A DNA stretch of 41,803 nucleotides from the NCBI GenBank assembly GCA_031289065.1, contig JAITQI010000084.1, forward strand, positions 1 through 41,803, written 5' to 3'. The stretch comes from Oscillospiraceae bacterium. Lineage in GTDB: Bacteria; Bacillota; Clostridia; Oscillospirales; UBA929. The translations under genes were made by a program, and so were the position numbers. Position 1 is the stretch's first letter. Each line of letters begins with the position of its first letter. Below are positions 8,354 through 16,559 of this stretch, piece by piece. The notes beneath the pieces were generated by a model. It ran no database searches, was not told where the DNA came from, and saw nothing but the letters and a program-made list of their open reading frames with translations.

Positions 8354-8865
8354 TGGGAGAGCGAAAAATCATACACAGCGACGGAGCGGTGGAAACCCTT
8401 CCGGCGGAAGTCTCGCCGGAGACCGAAGCCCGTCGGGCGGCGCTCCGGGCCCGGGGACGCCCGACCACCGACCAGGCCCGGCAGGACGCTCTGCGCCGCT
8501 TGGCCCAAGAGAGCCTGCGGTCGGCCGACGACGGGGCGCTGAAGGAAAACGAGGCGCTGTTTGACCTGTGGACGCCGGGACAGGCCTATCAGGCGGGCGA
8601 CGTGGTGGGCTACGGGGGGCGGCTGTACCGGGCGCTGGCCGCCCACACCGCCCAGGCCGACTGGACGCCGGACACGGCGGTCAGCCTGTTCGCCGCCGTA
8701 CAGATCCCGGGGGACGCCCCTCTGACCTGGATCCCGGGGGAAATCGTGCAGACGGGGGACATCCGCCTGTTCGAGGGGGGTCGGTACCGCTGCCTCCAGG
8801 CGCACACCACCTTGGCGGGGTGGACGCCGCCGGTGACGCCGGCCCTGTGGGCCATTGACGATTGA
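8353..8865 (+). CDS. Carbohydrate-binding protein with two CBM5/12-like (chitin-binding type 3) modules
   Basis: WTPGQAYQAGDVVGYGGRLYRALAAHTAQADWTPDTAVSLF and WIPGEIVQTGDIRLFEGGRYRCLQAHTTLAGWTPPVTPALW fit the W..G..Y..GD.V.Y.G..Y.....H.....W.P pattern. The ATG overlaps the upstream TGA. Confidence 0.8.
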   Translation: MGERKIIHSDGAVETLPAEVSPETEARRAALRARGRPTTDQARQDALRRLAQESLRSADDGALKENEALFDLWTPGQAYQAGDVVGYGGRLYRALAAHTAQADWTPDTAVSLFAAVQIPGDAPLTWIPGEIVQTGDIRLFEGGRYRCLQAHTTLAGWTPPVTPALWAIDD

Positions 8866-8915
8866 CAGGCGTGACGCGTCAAAGCTATCGTCCGCGGACG
8901 GGAACAGCACGCGAA

Positions 8916-8940
8916 GGCGGGGGCTGTCGCCCCCCTTTCA
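8916..8940 (+). terminator. Weak hairpin terminator after the CBM gene
   Basis: GGGGGC-TGTC-GCCCCC followed by CTTTCA. The T-tract is short. Confidence 0.35.
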
Positions 8941-9029
8941 CACCATCTCCCTGCCCGCTGTTTCGCGTATCAGACTTTTCTGACGGACTAAATGAAGTCC
9001 CTCGCTGTTGGGGCGCATAATTTTCTTCC

Positions 9030-9058
9030 TTTACAGCCTGTGGGGCAAGGGTTATAAT
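9030..9058 (+). promoter_or_regulatory. Sigma-A-type promoter of the WG-repeat gene
   Basis: TTTACA, 17 nt, TATAAT. About 75 nt upstream of the start at 9135. Confidence 0.5.
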
Positions 9059-9134
9059 ATACGATATACTATACGGTATCCTGGTGCGGGACGGATGTTT
9101 GATAGGGCGGGGTGTCCGCCTGGGAGGGAAACAT

Positions 9135-10820
9135 ATGAAACTGAAATGGGTGAAGGGGCTGGGGGCTCTTTGGTTGGCGTTTGTTTTGCTGGTAGCGCCG
9201 CTGTCCCTTGTGGCGGAAGCGGCGGAGGGGCAGGTTCGGGTGCTGGTGGCCCCGACGCTGGCCTATGACAAGGTGGACCCCGTCTCCGAGGGGTTGTTCA
9301 CGGTTTATAAGGGCGGCAAGGTGGGGTTTATCGACCGCACCGGCAGGGTGGTCATTCCGGTGAGCTACGACTACGCCTATGACTTTGTGGAAGGGCTGGC
9401 GCCTGTGCTGCAAGGGGACAAGTGGGGGTACATAGACCAGACAAACAAACTGGTCATCCCCTACCGGTACGACCTGGCGGCGAATTTTGACGAGGGCCTG
9501 GCCATCGTGGAAACGGGCGGAAAGTACGGTTACATCGACAAGACCGGCGCCCTGGCCGTCCCGGCGCTGTACGAGGACACCCACGGGTTTGCCGAGGGCC
9601 TTGTCGCGGTAAAAAAAGACGGAAAATGGGGCTATGTGGACGCGGCGGGGCGGACGGTCATTCCCTTTACCTATGACACGGCCTATGTCTTCAGCGAGGG
9701 CCTGGCGGTGGTGGGCCTGAACCAGCGCTGGGGCTATATCGACAAGACCGGCAAGCAGGTCGTTCCCATTGCGTACTACGCCGCCTATGCCTTCCAGGAG
9801 GGTCTGGCCTGCGTCTTCGCCGAGGCGGGCTGCGGGTTCATCGACAAGACCGGCCGTTGGGTGGCGGCCGCCCAGTACGACGACGCCGGGGACTTTTCCC
9901 AGGGCCGGGCCTGGGTGAAAAAGGACGGCAAATGCGGCTATATCGACACGACCGGCAAGCTGGTGATTCCGGCTCTGTACGATGGGGCGGCGGATTTCGC
10001 CGAGGGCCGGGCCGCCGTCTACAGAAACGGCAAGGGCGGCTTTATCGACAGCTACGGCGTCGCGGCCGGGCCCCAGAGTTACGACGAGGTGTATGACTTT
10101 TCCGGCGGGCTGGCCCTGGTGGAAAAAGGCGGGCTGTTCGGCTTTGTGGACGCGGCGGGTCAGGTGGCCGTTCCCCTCACCTACGACAGCGCCCGGGGGT
10201 TTTCGGACAACCTCACCCCTGTGGAGAAGGGCGGCGCGTGGGGGCTTCTGGCCTATATCCCCCCCGGCTCCGAGCCCTCCGACTGGGCCGTGGCCGAGGT
10301 GGCCGCCCTCACCGCCCGGGGGGTCATCCCCGAGGCGCTGCTGAGCGCCTACCAGACCCCCATTCGCCGGGATGAGATCACCGCCCTGATGGTCAACATC
10401 TACGAACACACCAAGGGCCCGGCGGAGGCGCGGCCCTCCCCCTTCACCGACATCGCCGCCAGCGCCTACAAAACGCACATCGAGAAGGCCAAAGCCCTGG
10501 GCCTGGTGGACGGCACCTCGGACACCACCTTCTCCCCGGCGGCCCAGCTCACCCGGGAGGAAGCCGCCAAGCTGCTGTGCGCCGTGGTGGAAAAGACCGG
10601 GGGCATCCCCTTGGAGCTGACCGGCGTCCCCACCTTCGCCGACCGGGGCAAGCTCTCCGACTGGGCCGTCCCCTACGTGGCCTACGCCCAAGCCCACAGC
10701 ATCATGCAGGGGGTGGGCAACAACCAGTTCAGCCCGCAGGGCACGCTGACCCGGGAGGAAGCCATGCTCACCGCCGAGCGGCTGATTGTGGTATATGCTT
10801 GGGGCGGGGGGACAAATTAA
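9135..10820 (+). CDS. Secreted WG-repeat (KWG-type) protein with C-terminal SLH domains
   Basis: GGGAGGG RBS. Signal peptide MKLKWVKGLGALWLAFVLLVAPLSLVAEA. About 10 iterations of the ..GKWGYIDKTGK.VIP..YD.A..F.EGLA.V pattern. Two SLH repeats at the C-terminus. Confidence 0.85.
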   Translation: MKLKWVKGLGALWLAFVLLVAPLSLVAEAAEGQVRVLVAPTLAYDKVDPVSEGLFTVYKGGKVGFIDRTGRVVIPVSYDYAYDFVEGLAPVLQGDKWGYIDQTNKLVIPYRYDLAANFDEGLAIVETGGKYGYIDKTGALAVPALYEDTHGFAEGLVAVKKDGKWGYVDAAGRTVIPFTYDTAYVFSEGLAVVGLNQRWGYIDKTGKQVVPIAYYAAYAFQEGLACVFAEAGCGFIDKTGRWVAAAQYDDAGDFSQGRAWVKKDGKCGYIDTTGKLVIPALYDGAADFAEGRAAVYRNGKGGFIDSYGVAAGPQSYDEVYDFSGGLALVEKGGLFGFVDAAGQVAVPLTYDSARGFSDNLTPVEKGGAWGLLAYIPPGSEPSDWAVAEVAALTARGVIPEALLSAYQTPIRRDEITALMVNIYEHTKGPAEARPSPFTDIAASAYKTHIEKAKALGLVDGTSDTTFSPAAQLTREEAAKLLCAVVEKTGGIPLELTGVPTFADRGKLSDWAVPYVAYAQAHSIMQGVGNNQFSPQGTLTREEAMLTAERLIVVYAWGGGTN

Positions 10821-11007
10821 GCGTTAGGCGTTAAAAAGGGCGGCGAACGGCTGTACGCCCGCCACAAGCAACGCGATACGTGAGAAACGGCGGGCGGTCG
10901 TATTGAGCCGGGCGAAACGCCGCTTGGCCGCGCCAAACGCGAACGTTACGAAGAGACCGGCGCGGCCGCTTCTTTGTGCAAAATTTATCAATCTTCCGGC
11001 GGCGGCG

Positions 11008-11035
11008 TTGACACGGCCGGGGGGTGTGGTATAAT
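11008..11035 (+). promoter_or_regulatory. Sigma-A-type promoter upstream of serC
   Basis: TTGACA (11008-11013), 16 nt, (TGG)TATAAT (11030-11035). Confidence 0.5.
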
Positions 11036-11078
11036 GGTATGGTCGCCAAACGTTGCGGCCATACCATTATTTTTCAAG
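11033..11078 (+). terminator. Terminator-like hairpin overlapping the serC -10 box
   Basis: Perfect 10-bp stem AATGGTATGG / CCATACCATT with a 16-nt loop, followed by ATTTTTCAAG. Confidence 0.45.
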
Positions 11079-11099
11079 AGAGATGTGGGGGGAATCCGC

Positions 11100-12185
11100 G
11101 TGAGCCAACGTGTCTTCAATTTCTCAGCCGGGCCGGCCATGCTGCCCGAGGCGGTGCTGTCCCGGGCGGCGGCCGAGATGCTCGACTGCCGGGGCGCCGG
11201 AATGTCGGTCATGGAGATGAGCCACCGATCCAAGGAATACGCCGCTATCATCGCGGAGGTGGAGGCCGCCCTGCGGGATGTGATGAACATCCCGGACAGC
11301 TATCGGGTGCTGTTTTTGCAGGGCGGGGCCACGCTGCAATTTTCCATGGTACCCTTAACCCTTCTGCCCGAAGGGGCCAGCGCCGACTACGCCATCACCG
11401 GCGAGTTTTCCGGCAAGGCGTACAAGGAGGCCCGGAAGGTGGGCCCGGTGCGAGAGGCGGTCAACCTCAAGGGGGAGAACTACGCCCGCATCCCCGCCCA
11501 GAGCGAGCTTGCGCTCGACCCCGCCGCCGCCTATTTCCACTACTGTATGAACAACACCATCTTCGGCACCAAATGGCCCTACATCCCGGACACCGGGGCG
11601 GCGCCGCTGGTGGCCGACGTGTCCTCCTGTATTCTGTCCGAGCCGCTGGATGTGTCCCGCTTCGGACTTCTCTACGCCGGGGCGCAGAAGAATATGGGCC
11701 CGGCGGGGCTGACCGTGGTCATCCTCCGGGAAGACTTGGCCGGTCACGCCCGGGAAGGCATCCCCGGCCTGCTGGACTACGCCGTCCAGATTAAAAGCGG
11801 CTCCATGCTCAACACCCCGCCCACCTACGGGATTTATATCCTGGGCCTGGTGCTGGACTGGGTGCGGGCGCAGGGGGGCCTTGCCGCCATGGGGGCCCGC
11901 AACCGGGAAAAAGCCCAAGTGCTCTACGACGCGCTGGACGCGTCTAAGCTGTTCAAAGCCCCGGTGGACAAGGGTTCTCGCTCCCTGATGAACGTCACCT
12001 TCTTCACCGGCGATCCCGCCCTGGACGACAAGTTCGTGGGAGAAGCCGCCGCCCAAGGTCTGGTCTCCCTCAAGGGGCACAGGGCCGTGGGGGGTATGCG
12101 GGCCTCCATTTACAACGCCATGCCCCGGGCGGGCGTGGATAAGCTGGCCGACCTCATACGGGCCTTCGAGAAGGAGAATGGATGA
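11100..12185 (+). CDS. serC: Phosphoserine aminotransferase
   Basis: VFNFSAGPAMLPEAVL at the N-terminus and a GAQKN(M)GPAG lysine motif. The GTG start at 11100 fits the homologous N-terminus. The track's extension from 10974 crosses the promoter. Confidence 0.9.
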   Translation: MSQRVFNFSAGPAMLPEAVLSRAAAEMLDCRGAGMSVMEMSHRSKEYAAIIAEVEAALRDVMNIPDSYRVLFLQGGATLQFSMVPLTLLPEGASADYAITGEFSGKAYKEARKVGPVREAVNLKGENYARIPAQSELALDPAAAYFHYCMNNTIFGTKWPYIPDTGAAPLVADVSSCILSEPLDVSRFGLLYAGAQKNMGPAGLTVVILREDLAGHAREGIPGLLDYAVQIKSGSMLNTPPTYGIYILGLVLDWVRAQGGLAAMGARNREKAQVLYDALDASKLFKAPVDKGSRSLMNVTFFTGDPALDDKFVGEAAAQGLVSLKGHRAVGGMRASIYNAMPRAGVDKLADLIRAFEKENG

Positions 12186-13363
12186 TGTACAAGATTCTCA
12201 CCCTCAACAAAATCGCCAAAATCGGGCTGGACAAGCTGGACCCCAAGCTCTTTTCCTGTTCCGACAGCGCCGAGAACCCCGACGGGGTGCTGGTGCGTTC
12301 GGCGGACATGAAGGATTTCCCCCTGGACGCCCCTCTCCAGGCCATCGCCCGGGCGGGGGCCGGGGTCAACAACATCCCGGTGGCCCGTTGCTCCGAGGCC
12401 GGGGTGGTGGTGTTCAACACGCCGGGGGCCAACGCCGGGGCGGTGAAGGAACTGGCCCTGTGCGCCCTGTTCCTGGCCTCCCGGGACATTACCGGGGGAA
12501 TTGACTGGGCCAGAGGTCTTTCCGGCAAGGGGGCCGAGGTGCCCGGCCTGGTGGAAAAAGGCAAGAGCCAATTCGCCGGGCGGGAGGTGGCCGGCAAGAC
12601 GCTGGGCGTGGTCGGCCTGGGAGCCATTGGCGTCATGGTGGCCAACGCCGCCCTGGCCCTGGGCATGGACGTGCTGGGGTTTGACCCCTACCTGTCGGTG
12701 GACGCCGCCTGGGGCCTGTCCCGGGACGTGCGCCGCGCCGCTGGGCTCAAACAGATTTACGCCGAGAGCGACTACCTCACCCTGCACCTGCCCCTGGGGG
12801 ACGAGACCCGGGGCATGATCGGCCAAGCCGCTCTGGCGCAATGCCGCCCTGGGTTGCGGCTGATCAACCTGGCCCGGGGGGAGCTGGTCAATACCGCCGA
12901 CCTGCTGGCCGCCCTGGACGCCGGACGGGTGGCCGCCTACGTCACCGACTTCCCTGCCGACGCCATGCTCGCCCATCCCCGGGTGCTGCCCATCCCCCAT
13001 TTGGGGGCGTCCACCGCCGAGAGCGAGGACAACTGCGCCGTTATGGCCGCCCGGGAGCTGTCCGACTACCTGCGCTTCGGGCGCATCAACAACGCGGTGA
13101 ACTTCCCCAACATCGAGCTGGAATTCGGTTCCGGGGGGGCGCGGCTGTGCCTGGCCCACCGCAACGTCCCCAACATGGTGGGCTTTATCTCCTCCGTGCT
13201 GGCCGATGCCGGGGTCAACATCGAGAACATGGTCAACAAATCCAAGAAGGAATACGCCTACACGCTGATGGACATCAACGCCCTTCCCGACGAGGCGCTG
13301 CTGGACGGGCTCCGGGCTCGGGAGGGCATCCTCCGCGTTCGGGCCATCCCCCGGCCGGAATAA
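12182..13363 (+). CDS. serA: D-3-phosphoglycerate dehydrogenase with C-terminal ACT domain
   Basis: Rossmann motif GVVGLGAIG, and the 2-hydroxyacid dehydrogenase signature (LINLARGELV, HLGAST). The ATG overlaps the serC stop (ATGA). Confidence 0.9.
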   Translation: MMYKILTLNKIAKIGLDKLDPKLFSCSDSAENPDGVLVRSADMKDFPLDAPLQAIARAGAGVNNIPVARCSEAGVVVFNTPGANAGAVKELALCALFLASRDITGGIDWARGLSGKGAEVPGLVEKGKSQFAGREVAGKTLGVVGLGAIGVMVANAALALGMDVLGFDPYLSVDAAWGLSRDVRRAAGLKQIYAESDYLTLHLPLGDETRGMIGQAALAQCRPGLRLINLARGELVNTADLLAALDAGRVAAYVTDFPADAMLAHPRVLPIPHLGASTAESEDNCAVMAARELSDYLRFGRINNAVNFPNIELEFGSGGARLCLAHRNVPNMVGFISSVLADAGVNIENMVNKSKKEYAYTLMDINALPDEALLDGLRAREGILRVRAIPRPE

Positions 13364-13380
13364 AACCGGTGAGAATGCCC

Positions 13381-13412
13381 CGAGAAACGATGGGAATTTT
13401 GTTTCTCGTTTT
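13381..13412 (+). terminator. Intrinsic terminator after serA
   Basis: CGAGAAAC-12 nt-GTTTCTCG followed by TTTTGGG. Confidence 0.6.
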
Positions 13413-13573
13413 GGGAAACGGTTTGGCTGAAATATGGCGTTATCTTTCTCGATGGCTGAAATTCATTGCAAAAATAACAATGGAGGCATTTCTTGATTAT
13501 GAGAAACGCCTCCGTTGCGTTTCGTTGCCTCGCCGTCTCATTGTCACCTGTCAACTGCGCCGTCAACTTCCTG

Positions 13574-13602
13574 TTGCCCCGCATACCGCTATGTGATATA
13601 CT
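13574..13602 (+). promoter_or_regulatory. Sigma-A-type promoter of the DRTGG/ATPase/hydrogenase-like operon
   Basis: TTGCCC, 17 nt, (TGA)TATACT, 50 nt upstream of the ATG at 13653. Preceded by direct repeats GTCAAC-N6-GTCAAC (13548-13565). Confidence 0.45.
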
Positions 13603-13652
13603 AAAAACATACAGACAGCGGCGGGGCCGCGGGGAAGGGGAGCGAAACGAAC

Positions 13653-14006
13653 ATGACCATCGCCCAAGTCAGGGATATTTTGGAGGCGCGGGTGCTGTCC
13701 GGCGCGGAACTGCTGGAAAACGAGGTGCACTCGGCCTGCGGGTCCGACCTGATGAGCGACGTGCTGGCCTTTGTCAAAGACCAATCGGTGCTGTTGACCG
13801 GCCTGCTCAATTTGCAGGTGGTGCGCACCGCCGAGATGATGGATATGAAGTGTATTGTCTTCGTCCGGGGCAAGGTGCCTGACGAGACCATCCTGTCGCT
13901 GGCCGCCGCCCGGGGCATGGTGGTCATGAGCACCGGTTTCCGGATGTACAACGCCTGCGGACGCCTATACGCGGCCGGTTTGGTGAGTTTAGAGGGCGTC
14001 CGGTGA
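13653..14006 (+). CDS. DRTGG domain-containing protein (117 aa)
   Basis: SDLMSDVLAFVKDQSVLLTGLLNLQVVRTAEMMDMKCIVFVRGKVPDETILSLAAARGMVVMST fits the DRTGG fold pattern. The stop overlaps the next gene (GTGA). Confidence 0.8.
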   Translation: MTIAQVRDILEARVLSGAELLENEVHSACGSDLMSDVLAFVKDQSVLLTGLLNLQVVRTAEMMDMKCIVFVRGKVPDETILSLAAARGMVVMSTGFRMYNACGRLYAAGLVSLEGVR

Positions 14007-14428
14007 GCGAGCTTGTCCTGCATTACGAGGTGGAGGGGGCCAATTTCTCCGCGGCGGGGGAGGCCTCCTCGGCGGTCAAACGGGTGCTCAGCCGTCTGGG
14101 GCTGAGCGACAAAGTCGTGCGCCGGGCCTCCATCTGCCTGTACGAGGGCGAAATCAACATGGTCATCCACGCCTCGGGGGGGGTCATCGACGTCACCGTC
14201 TTCCCCGACCGCCTCGAGATGGTTTTGAAGGACACCGGCCCCGGCATCCGAAACCTGGAGGAGGCCATGCGGGAAGGGTTTTCCACCGCCAGCGACTCGG
14301 TGCGCGACCTGGGCTTCGGCGCGGGCATGGGCCTGCCCAACATGAAAAAATACGCCGACGACATCACCGTCGAGTCGGAGGTGGGCGTGGGGACGACGGT
14401 GCGGATGGTTGTTCGCTTGGACGGATGA
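14003..14428 (+). CDS. RsbW/SpoIIAB-like ATP-binding protein (HATPase_c; anti-sigma-type Ser/Thr kinase fold), 141 aa
   Basis: N-box-like EGEINMVIH and G-boxes DTGPGI / GFGAGMGLPNM. The size is typical of single-domain GHKL kinases. Confidence 0.8.
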   Translation: MSELVLHYEVEGANFSAAGEASSAVKRVLSRLGLSDKVVRRASICLYEGEINMVIHASGGVIDVTVFPDRLEMVLKDTGPGIRNLEEAMREGFSTASDSVRDLGFGAGMGLPNMKKYADDITVESEVGVGTTVRMVVRLDG

Positions 14429-14436
14429 CAGGCTGC

Positions 14437-14460
14437 GATTGACGATGGACAGTAGACAAG
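14437..14460. repeat. ATTGAC(A/G) heptamer-family repeat
   Basis: GATTGACGATGGACAGTAGACAAG, directly after the ATPase stop (GGA TGA CAGG). The same family occurs at 8854, 17862, 26068, 31577, 34861 and 37041. Confidence 0.6.
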
Positions 14461-14539
14461 TATGGAGCGCTATTGACCGGGGTTTCAATTGCGGGTGTGT
14501 TATATTTTTTGACATTATGATTTTAGGAGGCAATCGATT

Positions 14540-15316
14540 GTGACAAGTACTCTTCGCGTGGAAAACCTGCACAAGAGCTTCAAGCTGTCGGCCAAGCGCC
14601 GGAAGCTGGAGCATACGACTGACACGGTGAAGCACGCCGTGCGGGGCCTGTCCTTCACCGCCGGGGCGGGGGAAATCTTCGGGCTGTTGGGCCCCAACGG
14701 GGCGGGCAAAACCACCACCCTGCGCATTCTGGCCACCCTGATGGGGGCCGACCAGGGGGACGTCTTCCTGGACGACCTCAGCGTCGCCCGGGACGCCGCC
14801 GCCGTGCGCCGCCGTCTGGGCTTTCTGACCAGCGAGCTCAAGCTGGAGGAGTTTTTCTCCCCCGACTATCTGTTTACCTTCTTTTCCGACCTGCACGGCG
14901 TGGCCCCCGCCGACCGGGAACAGCGCCGAACCGCGCTGTTCGGACGGTTCGGCATCGACCAGTTCGCCGGGGAAAAGGTGGCCAACCTGTCCACCGGCAT
15001 GAAGCAGAAAATTTCCCTGGTCATCCCCCTGGTGCACGACCCCGACGTGGTCATCTTCGACGAGCCCACCAACGGCCTGGACGTGCTCACCGCCAAGACG
15101 GTGACTGATTTCCTCCAAGAGCTGCGGGGGCAGGGCAAGACCATCATCATCTCCACCCACATTTTCAGCCTGGCGGAAAAGCTCTGCGACCGGGTGGGGG
15201 TCATCCTGGACGGGGAAATGGCCGCCTGCGGCACCCTGCCCGAGATCACCGGCGAACTGTCCCTGGAGGACGCGTTCTTCCAGCTGTACGCCCGGAAAGC
15301 GGGGGTGGCGGTATGA
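14540..15316 (+). CDS. ABC transporter ATP-binding protein (NatA-like, ABC-2 exporter type)
   Basis: AGGAGG RBS 9 nt before the GTG. Walker A GPNGAGKTT, signature LSTGMKQK, Walker B VVIFDEPTNGLD. Confidence 0.9.
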   Translation: MTSTLRVENLHKSFKLSAKRRKLEHTTDTVKHAVRGLSFTAGAGEIFGLLGPNGAGKTTTLRILATLMGADQGDVFLDDLSVARDAAAVRRRLGFLTSELKLEEFFSPDYLFTFFSDLHGVAPADREQRRTALFGRFGIDQFAGEKVANLSTGMKQKISLVIPLVHDPDVVIFDEPTNGLDVLTAKTVTDFLQELRGQGKTIIISTHIFSLAEKLCDRVGVILDGEMAACGTLPEITGELSLEDAFFQLYARKAGVAV

Positions 15317-16506
15317 AGGGTGTGCTGACCGTTGCGCGAAAGGAATTCGCGCGGTTTTTCGGCGACCGGCGCATGGTGCTGACCGCCCTGATTCTGCCCG
15401 GCCTGATGATCTACGTGCTGTACACCGTCATGGGCTCCGCGCTGACCGACATGATGGAGGCCGACGAGGACTATACGCCGGTGGCCTATGTGATCGCCGC
15501 TCCCGATTCCCTGGCTCCCGCCTTGGAAGCCGTCGGGCTGAACCTCGGCGTGGAACCGGTCTCCCCGGACGACGTGCGGGCGGACATCACCGCCCAAGCA
15601 GTGGATCTGCTCATCGTCTTCCCCGAAAATTTTGACGAGACGGTGGCCGCCCTGGGGGCCGCCGACAGCGATTCGTCCGACCGGCCCGCCGTCCCGAATG
15701 TGGAAATCTATTATAACTCGGCGTCCACCGAGTCGTCGGCCCTGCACGGCCGGGTGACGGCACTACTGGAGGCGTACAAGACCTCGCTGCTGCCCGAATT
15801 GTTCGACGTCAACCGGGAGGGGGTAACCTACGATCAGGTCAGCGAAAAAGACGCCGTGGGCAGTCTGTTGGCCTCCCTGCTGCCTTTGCTACTGCTCGTC
15901 TTCCTGTTTTCCGGCTGTACGGCCCTCGCCCCCGAAGCCATCGCCGGGGAGAAGGAGCGGGGCACCATCGCCACCATCCTGGTCACCCCCCTGCGGCGCG
16001 GCGCGCTGGCCCTAGGCAAGCTGGTGAGTCTGGCGATCATCGCCTTTTTGGCCGGGCTGTCCAGCCTGCTGGGCACCATCCTCTCCCTGCCCAAAATGTT
16101 CGGCGGCGGCGGGGACATGCCGGACATGAACATATACGGCATCGGGGATTACCTGACCCTGGCCGCGGTCGTCCTGTCCACCGTGCTGCTGTTTGTCGCG
16201 CTGATTTCCATCCTGTCGGCCTTCGCCAAAAGCGTCAAGGAGGCCGCCACCATGGTCTCGCCGCTGATGATTGTCGTCATGGTGGTGGGCGTCACCGCCA
16301 TGTTCGGCGGCGGCGCGCAGACCGACCGGGTCTACTACCTCATCCCCACCTACAACAGCGTCCAGGCCATGGTCGGCATCTTCTCCCTGAGCTACGACCC
16401 GATCAATATCCTGCTCACCGTCCTGTCCAACCTGGCTTACGCCGCTCTGGGCGGTTTCCTCCTGACCCGCATGTTCCACAGTGAAAAGATCATCTTTTCC
16501 AAATAG
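15313..16506 (+). CDS. ABC-2 family permease (NatB-like) with a large extracytoplasmic loop after TM1
   Basis: ATGA overlap with the ATPase gene. One N-terminal TM segment, an acidic loop of about 150 aa, then 5 hydrophobic segments. Confidence 0.85.
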   Translation: MKGVLTVARKEFARFFGDRRMVLTALILPGLMIYVLYTVMGSALTDMMEADEDYTPVAYVIAAPDSLAPALEAVGLNLGVEPVSPDDVRADITAQAVDLLIVFPENFDETVAALGAADSDSSDRPAVPNVEIYYNSASTESSALHGRVTALLEAYKTSLLPELFDVNREGVTYDQVSEKDAVGSLLASLLPLLLLVFLFSGCTALAPEAIAGEKERGTIATILVTPLRRGALALGKLVSLAIIAFLAGLSSLLGTILSLPKMFGGGGDMPDMNIYGIGDYLTLAAVVLSTVLLFVALISILSAFAKSVKEAATMVSPLMIVVMVVGVTAMFGGGAQTDRVYYLIPTYNSVQAMVGIFSLSYDPINILLTVLSNLAYAALGGFLLTRMFHSEKIIFSK

Positions 16507-16559
16507 CGTCTCTCTGTCGGGCAGACTCAAGATTCACCATAGCAAGGGGCCAATTCGCC

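Noticed and set aside
4915-8865. Intact prophage or ICE
   Set aside because: Only the regulatory cassette and two fibre-like genes are present. No integrase, replication, packaging, capsid, tail-tube, lysis or conjugation genes occur in or next to the block.
9069-10697. 542-aa ORF antisense to the WG-repeat gene
   Set aside because: G/V/R-rich composition with no motifs. The plus strand encodes obvious WG repeats and SLH domains.
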